Below, piece after piece: positions 39,595-48,995 of a DNA stretch of 64,000 nt. The DNA comes from a virus, in the IMG/VR virus record IMGVR_UViG_3300045988_138996, positions 96,001-160,000 of that record. The stretch is one strand, 5' to 3'. The position numbers and the translations under genes were made by a program. The stretch's first letter is position 1. Every line of letters begins with the position of its first letter. The notes beneath the pieces were generated by a model, which was given only the letters and a program-made list of their open reading frames with translations, was not told where the DNA came from and did not search any database.

Positions 39595-41703
39595 ATGGCA
39601 AATAATTTTCTAAACAAAATCGACTTTACTAAAGGTGTAAAGGCAAGACCTATCAATGAAAATTTTGAAATGGTCCAAGATTGGATCGATCAGGAACGAT
39701 TACAATCTGCAGGCTGGGGCATTATCTCTGGTTTTGAATTTAGCCGACGTGGCGATGAGTTCATTATCGATATAACAGAAGGTGAACTTATTAATCGTGC
39801 CGGTCATAAAATTAAACTAGATCCGGCATTCGTAAATGTAGGTGAACCACAAGCTATTCAATATTTTGAAAAATTTACGCTTGATGCTACCGGTGAAATT
39901 ACGTTACGTTTCCCAGTATATGCTCCTTCACAATTAAAACAAGTTGTATATATTGCAGGTGTTCAAGGTGAGTTACCAGATACTAAAGAGTTTCGTGTAT
40001 ATGATTTAGAAACACAAGAAATTCTTCAAATCGCCTCTATTAATAAACAAACAATTCATATTGTCGATCCGGAAGGTAACGAAGGACGCAAAGTCGGTGT
40101 CGTATATAACTATGCATCATCTCATATTGATACGATTGTATATAATGAAAAAACTCCGGAATTATATCCTAAATATCATTATGGTATTTTCTCTGCGTCA
40201 CCGGCTTTTCCTGATTTAAATCAGTTTGAAGAACAAGGTGATATCATTCTTGGCTGGGTATATTGGACAATCGATGAAAACGGTATTTCTGTAAAATTCT
40301 TTTACGATAATAAAAATACTCGTCCAATTTATGTCGACAAACATGGCAATATTTATTTGTATGGTAAATTATATTCTAAGACGCAGCGCAAGTTTATTTA
40401 TTTCATAGAGCCAACTAATCCAGAACCAAATGATTTATGGTATGATAGTGATTCTAATATCTTATACATTTGGCGCCAATTTAATGGTGGCGATTACCAA
40501 TGGGTTCCAGTAAATGAACATAGTACGATGGATCTTCACGAAACGAAGTTGTTCATTCCAGATGAAAATTTAACTAACGAAGAAAATGAAAAACAAACGT
40601 TTATCTTTGACGAAGCCGATACGAATATGTTTTTCTTACCACGGTCTAATTCTTTAGACGTATATATCGATCAAGGATATATTATGAAAGACCAGTATGT
40701 CGAAATGGTCATGCTTAAAGAACAAGATCGGAATGGTGATCATTTAATCGTTCCTGATAATCCTAAATATAAGCTAAGCGATATTATTAAGGGCGTCGGT
40801 TTTAAATTAAACTATGCGTTAAATGAACCGACTGTTGTACAAGTTAACGTTCGTCATACTATTAAAAAGGGGAAGGAATCTGGTGTATTCCAACGTGCTG
40901 CTGTATTCGTCGAAGAAAAACGTATTATTTATAATGAAGATTCATATCCTAATAATACAAGAATTATTAAATTGCCGACGACATATGAATACGGTAAACA
41001 ACAACTCGAAGTGTTTTTAAACGGTATGAAACTTCATAGTGGCTCTTCTGACGAAGTAGATTTTAGTGAAGTGCTTCCTGTACCGACAGAAGATAATCCA
41101 AACCCAACACTAACTAATAAGTTTATTATTAATAATAATATTAACTTAAAATATGGCGATCGTATTATATATCGCATTTCTCATTATGTTTGGTCTTACG
41201 AACAATTAGAATCTATCGTTACAAATGCCCAAGAAGGCATTAAGGAAACAAAAGATTTAATTACGAATGTCGATAAAAAATATTCACGCATTGTCGATAC
41301 ATTTGATCCGGCATTACAATCGATTCAGAATATCATTACCGATTTAAAAGAATCGACTCTTAATACAGATAATTTTGTTAAGAAGACTGATAAGATTACA
41401 AAAGATATGCTCGATGATTCTGTTAAACATGGTTTGTATAAAGAACTTAAACAGTATGAAATTACGGTCGATCCGACGAATACGATTTATCCGTTACAAC
41501 ATACTGTACAACAAGATCAAATGTCTTTCGTATTATTAGATCAATATACAGGTAATAATAAAATCGATAATGCTAATATCAGTACGATACTTAATTATGG
41601 TACTGATTATGTATATATCGATAATAATAAGATTAAGTTATCTGCTGGTCTTATTAGAAATACAAGAAAACTTAAATTTATGGTTATTTCCTTTGGAGTG
41701 TAA
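39595..41703 (+). CDS. tail fibre / baseplate-attached fibre protein
   Basis: 702 aa with RBS AAGGA. It contains 'PEPNDLWYDSDSNILYIWRQFNGGDYQWVPV' (the P..dLWyd...L..w....W.pv fibre motif). It also has the 'LEVFLNGMKL...YGDRIIYRISHY' module shared with neighbouring fibre genes, and a C-terminal coiled-coil-like stretch. Confidence 0.5.
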   Translation: MANNFLNKIDFTKGVKARPINENFEMVQDWIDQERLQSAGWGIISGFEFSRRGDEFIIDITEGELINRAGHKIKLDPAFVNVGEPQAIQYFEKFTLDATGEITLRFPVYAPSQLKQVVYIAGVQGELPDTKEFRVYDLETQEILQIASINKQTIHIVDPEGNEGRKVGVVYNYASSHIDTIVYNEKTPELYPKYHYGIFSASPAFPDLNQFEEQGDIILGWVYWTIDENGISVKFFYDNKNTRPIYVDKHGNIYLYGKLYSKTQRKFIYFIEPTNPEPNDLWYDSDSNILYIWRQFNGGDYQWVPVNEHSTMDLHETKLFIPDENLTNEENEKQTFIFDEADTNMFFLPRSNSLDVYIDQGYIMKDQYVEMVMLKEQDRNGDHLIVPDNPKYKLSDIIKGVGFKLNYALNEPTVVQVNVRHTIKKGKESGVFQRAAVFVEEKRIIYNEDSYPNNTRIIKLPTTYEYGKQQLEVFLNGMKLHSGSSDEVDFSEVLPVPTEDNPNPTLTNKFIINNNINLKYGDRIIYRISHYVWSYEQLESIVTNAQEGIKETKDLITNVDKKYSRIVDTFDPALQSIQNIITDLKESTLNTDNFVKKTDKITKDMLDDSVKHGLYKELKQYEITVDPTNTIYPLQHTVQQDQMSFVLLDQYTGNNKIDNANISTILNYGTDYVYIDNNKIKLSAGLIRNTRKLKFMVISFGV

Positions 41704-41706
41704 TTC

Positions 41707-42141
41707 ATGCAAAATACATTGACATGGATGGTTCTCGATGAAAAAGAATTTAATATTTATAGTACTTATAAAGCCGGAGTTATTACTTCGGCTTCTCGTA
41801 CTGTAATCCCGATTCGTCTATATAATAATTATATGGGCGTTGAGAAACAGCCAGATTTAAAAAATTTCGGCATTAATTTTTATTTTACCGATATCGAAGA
41901 TTCTTCTTTATTAGATAATATAAAAATTTTAAATGCTGAATCTGTCGAATTACCAACGACTCGATTAAATGAAGTGTTAACAGTTAATTTAACGAACGAG
42001 GTAATTATTAGCGGCGCTCCAAATAAAGGAGATAGCAAAGATAATTATTATGATTTTAATATCGTAATAGAATTACCTAAAGACGTTAAATATAAAATTA
42101 ACGATCTTAAAGAATTAACTTGTGATGTTGTCTATTATTAA
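41707..42141 (+). CDS. small hypothetical beta-rich protein (fibre accessory?)
   Basis: 144 aa with RBS GGAGTG. No motif was recognised. Confidence 0.5.
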   Translation: MQNTLTWMVLDEKEFNIYSTYKAGVITSASRTVIPIRLYNNYMGVEKQPDLKNFGINFYFTDIEDSSLLDNIKILNAESVELPTTRLNEVLTVNLTNEVIISGAPNKGDSKDNYYDFNIVIELPKDVKYKINDLKELTCDVVYY

Positions 42142-42154
42142 GGAGGCCTATTAA

Positions 42155-45100
42155 TTGAAACCTACATGGGGCATTCGCAAATTAAATGAATATTCCGTCG
42201 ATAAAAATACGGCAATTATCATTACTGATAGCGAAAAAGATAATTACTATTGGGCCGATATTCCTGATGGCTCATTATTAGTTAATGATAAAACTGGTAA
42301 TCTTTCTATTAAATTAACAGGAGAATCTGATTGGGTACCGATGGGTATTCGTAAAGACGGTACTGAAAAATTAGTTAAAGATGCGATTATTAACGTCGAA
42401 TATTATACGATTGTTAAATTTGAATTAGAACATAATCGATTCTATTATCATGACCGTGAAGAAATTACTCGTATCGGTAAGTTAATTAACGGTAAAGCTC
42501 AGTTTAAAGTTGGTTCTGGTTTGTATTTACCAGGAACTAATCAACTTGAAGTATTGATTAACGATAGTATTCATCGTAATACAGTCGATGGTGGTCTTGA
42601 AGAAATTAATATGAAGTATTTCCAAATCGATGCCGACGATATTCGATTGGGTTCTACTGTTACGGTTCGTTATATTAATTACGAACGATTAAGTGAATTA
42701 TATCCATTTATCTATACACAAGAACAAGTTCCTTGGTTTTTTGAAGATAAAGACTTATGGATTAATCCATCTGACAACGTTGATATCAATGGATTAACAA
42801 TTACACCATTAAGTTATTATGTAAAATATTTAGATAATAACGAAGCTGAAGTTATTGTATTTACGACAAAAAATTCTCGATTAATTGCATCGAGAAAAAT
42901 GAACGAATATGTAAATAAAATTACGGATAAAAATATTAATCGTTTCAAAGTGACGAGAGAAAATAATAATTTCTATATTAATTTATTTTCGACATATCCT
43001 GGATATAAAACTTCGTTTGCTAAAGTTTTAATTAAAGGATTAATTTCTGACGAAGATAAATTAACACTCGATGTTGATTTAACGTACCCTAATAGTGGTA
43101 TGGCTAAGACATCTATTAAGACACAACTTGGTAATATCGTTACGATTAAACGTAATAATAAAAAAATCTATGCTGCACAAAATATCGGTATCGGTGTACA
43201 ACATACATTAGCTCGTGAGGATCATGATTATGATATTATAGTATTTGTTAAGAATCCGATAAATGGCTTAACTAAAGAAAAAGTATTAACTGTTGACCAT
43301 CGAAAAATTGTTTTAATGGCCGATATAAGCCATGAAACAACTAATACTGGAACGAACATAACAATATCGACAATATCAAATGCCGATGTGAAAATAGAAG
43401 TGTTAAATGATGTAACAAATCAATTTGAAGAGATTGTTTTAGGTCGCTCTAATGAGTCTGGGAAATATAATTTTATTGTTCCTATTACCACTGCAAAAAA
43501 AAGATATAGAGTAATTATTTCTAGCGATAAAGCAGATAACAAGATTAAAGAAGAATTTGATGTATTTTTACATCGTGGTTCTCCTGAGTTATCTGCATCT
43601 CATACAAGAAATAAAAACGACATTTCTTTAACGATAAAAACAGAATCTGGTTCTAGAGTTTTGGTTAAGTATAATGGAAACATTATTCATTCAAATATCG
43701 CCGATATTAATAATACTGATATTTATATGTTTGATGCAGATTATGAAAAAGATAGGGTATTCGTAATTGAGTCGACGAAAGAAAATAAGATTTTTGAAAC
43801 TATTAATTATACTATTCCAAAATCAGAAAAATATATTCCAGATATTCTGTTATCTTTAAAACAAATCCCTGCAAACTTTATTAACGAAACAAATACATAT
43901 CGATATGAAGGTAGTTTCCTTAATATAAAAACAGAATCTGGATCACTTATTACTGTATACAATGAAGACGGAACATTATATAAAGATAAATTTAATCCTG
44001 ACGGGATTGAAAATTTATTATCTAATAACTTCTCCGACGGCGGATTATCTTTAACAAATCTTCCATTAAATAGACGTAAGTATTTTTTGCCACAACGCAG
44101 AACAGATAAAGTATATAAATTAAAGTCTATAAAGCACGGAAAAATAGACGAAGAAATAACTTTTACTGTTTTAGGCTCTGGTCTTAATGAATACGAAGCA
44201 ACTTCTGATGACAATAGTTATGTATTAAATCCTTATATCGACCTTTATGAAAATTCTGATTCTTATAGAACTTTCAAAATTAAAATAATAAAAAGAGATG
44301 AGTTCTCTGAACCGTCTATTTATTCTCCATCTAAAGTTCAAATAAAAAATAAACCAGATACATTAATTACTTATAACAATATTGATGGTAAAGACTATTT
44401 TAAAGATCCTACGCTGTATGGTGGTCCTTCTTCATATAGTGTTTATTTTGATAAAATAAATAATACATATAAAGCCAATCAAAAACTTTTAAATCATTTT
44501 ATGAATTTAAGATCTGATAATTCTTTTGGTTTTTCCATTCCAGTTAAAATTAACAATATTGATGAATTAATAAAGACTCAAACATATACATTTGTTGTCG
44601 ATAATGATCAAGAATACACTTTTACATATTCTCCTGTAATGCTTCACTATAAGAATCTTGATGATTTATTAATTAGAGTATCTTCTGATAGAATGAATAA
44701 TTCTGAATATAAAGATATCATAAACAGCATTAGCAGAAAAGGATATGATTCCTCTGTTTATTTATCTGGTGCTGATTATGTTACAAAATATGCTTTAAAT
44801 TCAAATGTTAAAGTTATTCATCCATCTTTAATTCGTCATATATCTATTTCTACTGATAGAGGATATAATTTAGAAACAGAAAAAAATAGTTTAGTTTCCA
44901 AATTAAAAGAAAAAGAATACATCAAAAATGATGAGCAAGAAGTAGTTGTTGATAATTTTAATCTTTTTGGGAATCAAAAATTAATTAGAACAAAAGAAGA
45001 ACGTAACCATGTTTATGTTTTACAACTTTCTAATTCAATAGAATTATTTCCTCTTAATTTCCAATATGAATATGCAACAGCATTACTTAAAAATAATAAA

Positions 45101-47149
45101 AAATATGAAAGTCACGTTAATACAGATGCCTATTGTCCTAATTTTATTTTTGATTTAAGAAATATTAGCGAAGAATCAAAACAAATTTCTGTTCCGATAA
45201 AAATAAAAAGAAATAAAGTTTTCTTTGATACATTAAAGGAATTAGGATATTCTTCTAACGATTATCATAAGAGCAATGAAATAAATCAAATTAATCTTGG
45301 ATGTCGAAATTTATTAATTTTATCAAATAGAGAAACTGTTCCTTCTAACTATTATAATGCTGTCGACAATATAAATATATCTGGTATTTATTATATGCCG
45401 AATGTAACATCTGTAAAAGATGATGCATTAAGTATGTTATCAAGAACATTCGTTTATTTAAATTATCCAAAATTAAAACAACTTGGAAACGATTGTTTCT
45501 ACAATTTATATTTTAATGATGGATATGTTGGAAGTCTTTATGCAGAGTGTACGAATTTAGATAATGATAATACTATCACAATTGATAATACGAATTATCA
45601 GATTCTGGCGCGGCGCTCGCCATTCCCTTCGAACGGAAATAGTGATGGCAAATTTAAGCTAAAAATAATAGCAGATAATTGGTATCCAAATATTACAAGT
45701 ATCGATGATGTCGATAAAAAAATAGTAAATAAATTTGTATTTGTATTATCTGGTCTTGAAGAAATTATTTATGATAAGAATGATCTTACTTTTACGTATC
45801 CAATTTTAAACGGAAAAATTACGACACAAAATTGGGCAGTATCTTATTCTTATCCTCATATCGATTCTACTAAAGTTAAATCTAATAATATTTATAAAAA
45901 TAGTGCTAAATTCTTTAATTGTAGTTATTTAAAAAAAATAAACTTAGACTATTTTAAAAACTATTTTTCTGATTATGTCGATTTCCAAGAATGTCGAAAT
46001 GTTGAAACAATTATTATGCCAAAAAATTATTTGGTAAAAGGAACACTTTCTCGAACATTTGAATATTGTGGCGTTAGCACAATAGAAAACTTTGATAATT
46101 TATTAGTTTGTAACGAAAATTTAAATTCTACGTTTAGAGGATGTACAGAATTGAAATCTGATTTAAATATGAATTATTTAAAAGTTACAGATTCTTCTGC
46201 ATTTGAAAAGTGTGGAAAATTGTCAAATTTTGTATATCGAAAAGTAAATGTCAATGTTGATTGTGAAGGAAATATTGTAAATCTTGACGGATGTTTAGAG
46301 GCATCTGAGCGCGGAGAAAAAATAATACAAAATAATTATAGTTATTATTCTGACACTTCTATAACGCAAGAGTCTTTTGATAGAATTAAAAAGCATATGA
46401 AAAAGATGACAAGATCTCAATTTGCAAAATGTAAAAATATTAAAGAACTTGTTATCGATCAAAATTGCCCTCTTGTTTATTTTATGAATGCATTTAATAC
46501 ACCATTGAAAAAGATAGTCTTCGATAATAATACTATCGATTGGCTAGAAGTAAATGATGAAATGTTTAAGGATAACGATTTAATTTCTAACGCTCAAGCT
46601 TATAAAATAAATTCTAATAGTTTACGAATATTTAATGCCGGACAAAATAGTTTAGGTTTATATAGTTCTATTCATAGTTTAAATATGCCAAATTTAAAAT
46701 ATTCTTTTGTTGCTAGTCCGAATAAATTGCTTGGTGTATATCATGTCGATCAATTAGAAAGATCGTTGTTTACAAAGCATATTCCAGATACCGCTGGCAT
46801 AAATTCAGGTGTAACATATAGTGTTTTCAATAAAAGTAATTCTGAAAATGTTATACAAAATGAAGAACTTCAATTAATGAGTACTGCGTTCACATCTCAT
46901 TTCTTCGATGAAAGTATAAATAAAAATGATATTAAAATAAAAAAACTCATTTATATGTCAAAAGATTATAGCATATCAGAATATGATGGTATTATATGGA
47001 CTGATTCCGTATTTTTAAGTGATTATCATCTTAAAAAATGGGTTGAAACAATGAGATGGCCTGCATTGGAAGAAGTCGAAGTTAAGACAAATATTTTTTA
47101 TCCGGAAAAAACTGTTTTAGGAGTCAAAATTAAATATGTCCAAGCTTAA
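42155..47149 (+). CDS. large receptor-binding fibre protein: shared N-terminal anchor + tandem Ig-like domains + BspA-type LRR region
   Basis: 1664 aa with a TTG start after a strong RBS, AAGGAGG. The N-terminal roughly 200 aa are paralogous to those of the next two ORFs. There are 4-5 repeats of an approximately 85-aa Ig-like pattern ('ISLTIKTESGSRVLVKYNGN..', 'FLNIKTESGSLITVYNEDGT..'). The C-terminal half has 'aF..C..L' LRR_5-like repeats. Confidence 0.55.
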   Translation: MKPTWGIRKLNEYSVDKNTAIIITDSEKDNYYWADIPDGSLLVNDKTGNLSIKLTGESDWVPMGIRKDGTEKLVKDAIINVEYYTIVKFELEHNRFYYHDREEITRIGKLINGKAQFKVGSGLYLPGTNQLEVLINDSIHRNTVDGGLEEINMKYFQIDADDIRLGSTVTVRYINYERLSELYPFIYTQEQVPWFFEDKDLWINPSDNVDINGLTITPLSYYVKYLDNNEAEVIVFTTKNSRLIASRKMNEYVNKITDKNINRFKVTRENNNFYINLFSTYPGYKTSFAKVLIKGLISDEDKLTLDVDLTYPNSGMAKTSIKTQLGNIVTIKRNNKKIYAAQNIGIGVQHTLAREDHDYDIIVFVKNPINGLTKEKVLTVDHRKIVLMADISHETTNTGTNITISTISNADVKIEVLNDVTNQFEEIVLGRSNESGKYNFIVPITTAKKRYRVIISSDKADNKIKEEFDVFLHRGSPELSASHTRNKNDISLTIKTESGSRVLVKYNGNIIHSNIADINNTDIYMFDADYEKDRVFVIESTKENKIFETINYTIPKSEKYIPDILLSLKQIPANFINETNTYRYEGSFLNIKTESGSLITVYNEDGTLYKDKFNPDGIENLLSNNFSDGGLSLTNLPLNRRKYFLPQRRTDKVYKLKSIKHGKIDEEITFTVLGSGLNEYEATSDDNSYVLNPYIDLYENSDSYRTFKIKIIKRDEFSEPSIYSPSKVQIKNKPDTLITYNNIDGKDYFKDPTLYGGPSSYSVYFDKINNTYKANQKLLNHFMNLRSDNSFGFSIPVKINNIDELIKTQTYTFVVDNDQEYTFTYSPVMLHYKNLDDLLIRVSSDRMNNSEYKDIINSISRKGYDSSVYLSGADYVTKYALNSNVKVIHPSLIRHISISTDRGYNLETEKNSLVSKLKEKEYIKNDEQEVVVDNFNLFGNQKLIRTKEERNHVYVLQLSNSIELFPLNFQYEYATALLKNNKKYESHVNTDAYCPNFIFDLRNISEESKQISVPIKIKRNKVFFDTLKELGYSSNDYHKSNEINQINLGCRNLLILSNRETVPSNYYNAVDNINISGIYYMPNVTSVKDDALSMLSRTFVYLNYPKLKQLGNDCFYNLYFNDGYVGSLYAECTNLDNDNTITIDNTNYQILARRSPFPSNGNSDGKFKLKIIADNWYPNITSIDDVDKKIVNKFVFVLSGLEEIIYDKNDLTFTYPILNGKITTQNWAVSYSYPHIDSTKVKSNNIYKNSAKFFNCSYLKKINLDYFKNYFSDYVDFQECRNVETIIMPKNYLVKGTLSRTFEYCGVSTIENFDNLLVCNENLNSTFRGCTELKSDLNMNYLKVTDSSAFEKCGKLSNFVYRKVNVNVDCEGNIVNLDGCLEASERGEKIIQNNYSYYSDTSITQESFDRIKKHMKKMTRSQFAKCKNIKELVIDQNCPLVYFMNAFNTPLKKIVFDNNTIDWLEVNDEMFKDNDLISNAQAYKINSNSLRIFNAGQNSLGLYSSIHSLNMPNLKYSFVASPNKLLGVYHVDQLERSLFTKHIPDTAGINSGVTYSVFNKSNSENVIQNEELQLMSTAFTSHFFDESINKNDIKIKKLIYMSKDYSISEYDGIIWTDSVFLSDYHLKKWVETMRWPALEEVEVKTNIFYPEKTVLGVKIKYVQA
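45380..46530 (+). other. BspA-type leucine-rich repeat (LRR_5-like) region
   Basis: Repeated 'x(F)xxCxxLxxI' units: 'LGNDCFYNL', 'FQECRNVETIIMP', 'TFEYCGVSTIENF', 'STFRGCTELKSDL', 'SSAFEKCGKLSNF', 'SQFAKCKNIKELV'. Confidence 0.45.
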
Positions 47150-48995
47150 TGATTATTTTGAAAAAACAATAGGTCTTCCTATTATATATCATGACTATGA
47201 AACATATGATTGGAACTCCGCAAAATTTGGCACGATTGTTGTCGATCCTAAAGAAAACAATATTGGTATTAAGCTTCGTTATAATGTAGATCAAAGGGAT
47301 CCAAAAGATCCCTTCTCTACTTATGGACCTAGCTGGGTAGCTTTAAAAATTCGTGGCGATGAAACTGTTATTGTCGAAGAGTCTTCTAGGATGCTTGTCG
47401 ATAAAATTGTATATGTTAAATATGACATGGTTGAAGGTAAGCTTTATTATACTATTAATGGAAAAGATAAAGTATCGGATGCTACGCGTCAAAATAACTT
47501 TGTCTTTGAATTAGATAAAGGTGAATATATCCCTGGCAATCATCACATTAAAGCGTTAATTAATAACACGATCGAATGTTCGCCAGCAACTCGAACTCTT
47601 AAAGAATTAGATAGCAAACATATCGTATTAAATTCTACACAACTAGAACAAGGTTGCGAGATCGATGTATATTATATCGAACGATACGATATAAAAAATC
47701 CAGTACCTCGAATCTTTAATCAAGAAGCTGAGCCTGAAAATCCTGAATCTGGTGATTTCTGGATTACTAGCCATCCTAGTGAATCGATGAAGCAAAAGTT
47801 ACCGTTAAATCTATTTGTAAGATACGACTATAATTCTATGCAGTTATTGGTCTTATTAAAAACTATTATTGGTAGTACGATTAAAATTAACAAAGACGAA
47901 GTCGAACATGTTAATCAAGTCGTTAATCGATCTTGGTCAACATTTAGAATTCCGATTCAGTATAACGAAACATTTGATGTAACTGTCGAAGGTACTAATG
48001 ATTGGTATTTAGATAATTCTGTTACTAAACATATTAAAACAACTTCTAAAGTTAATATTGCTTTATTAAAACAAGAATTAGTTAAAGATACATCAACTAT
48101 TTATTTGCAAGGTGATTCTAAGTGTAATTTTATGATTATGTCGGCAGTCGATTTATCAGATATTAAATTTACTGAATATGAAGAAGGTAAATATAAGGCT
48201 ACGTTGCCACGGCAATTAAAATCTTACTTTATCGATATTGTTTCACGTAAAGCTGATAAATTACAAACGACTATTAAAAGTATTCTTATTAGAGCCAAAG
48301 ATCCTGTCGAGATACCGTTAGAAATAACTAATAAGGAAATTAAGCTCGAGTCTCTTTCTAGTCAATATGCTAATGTAACAGTTACAGCCACTTATAATAA
48401 AGAACCACATATGATAGTTAATTCTAATTATCCTGACGGTATTACATTAGTTAATAAGACTATTGATAACGATAAAGTTAATTTTAATTATCGTATTAAT
48501 TTAGATAATGGTCAACAATATCTTTCATTTATTGCCGACGATAAAAATGGTAATGCACTTTCTAGAGTCGTATCGACAAGACTTCCTAAGAAAAAAACTA
48601 AAGAAATTCCTCAAGATTATAGTTTTATTGAAAAAGATATTGCTAGCGGCTCAATTCCTGCTAATAAATATTATATTCTTAACGGAAACAAATATGTTAA
48701 AATGTATGTTATAGCATTAAGCAATTCTACGTTAAGACTTGAAAATTTAAATGAATATAATACTGCTAATATTAAATTTATAGGTCGATCTATTGTCGAT
48801 AGTAATGGATGTCGAAAATACAATTATTTAATTCCATGCGATACGCTACTTAGGAATTCAGATGGAACTCCAGCAGATCAAACAAACTGGTATTTAGATA
48901 TTCCATATGTAAAATTTAGTGTACATATTGAAGATCCTGATGCTGTCGATTTAGATTATGTTGCTATTAGCTCTATTCTCGGGAGTCATTTATAA
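47136..48995 (+). CDS. fibre protein paralog (shared N-terminal anchor + Ig-like domains)
   Basis: 619 aa, overlapping the previous ORF by 14 nt. 'FVFELDKGEYIPGNHHIKALINNTIECSPATRTLKELDSKHIVLNSTQLEQGCEIDVYYIERYD' aligns by eye with the N-terminal modules of ORFs 42155 and 48995. Confidence 0.5.
   Translation: MSKLNDYFEKTIGLPIIYHDYETYDWNSAKFGTIVVDPKENNIGIKLRYNVDQRDPKDPFSTYGPSWVALKIRGDETVIVEESSRMLVDKIVYVKYDMVEGKLYYTINGKDKVSDATRQNNFVFELDKGEYIPGNHHIKALINNTIECSPATRTLKELDSKHIVLNSTQLEQGCEIDVYYIERYDIKNPVPRIFNQEAEPENPESGDFWITSHPSESMKQKLPLNLFVRYDYNSMQLLVLLKTIIGSTIKINKDEVEHVNQVVNRSWSTFRIPIQYNETFDVTVEGTNDWYLDNSVTKHIKTTSKVNIALLKQELVKDTSTIYLQGDSKCNFMIMSAVDLSDIKFTEYEEGKYKATLPRQLKSYFIDIVSRKADKLQTTIKSILIRAKDPVEIPLEITNKEIKLESLSSQYANVTVTATYNKEPHMIVNSNYPDGITLVNKTIDNDKVNFNYRINLDNGQQYLSFIADDKNGNALSRVVSTRLPKKKTKEIPQDYSFIEKDIASGSIPANKYYILNGNKYVKMYVIALSNSTLRLENLNEYNTANIKFIGRSIVDSNGCRKYNYLIPCDTLLRNSDGTPADQTNWYLDIPYVKFSVHIEDPDAVDLDYVAISSILGSHL

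Noticed and set aside
45601-45640. A local GC-rich patch, 'ctggcgcggcgctcgccattcccttcgaacgg', in otherwise AT-rich DNA; considered as a recombination site or structured element.
   Set aside because: It is in frame and encodes 'LARRSPFPSNG'. Only a 4-bp potential stem is present (ggcg/cgcc), and I noticed no second copy in the window. It is probably just part of the imported fibre segment.
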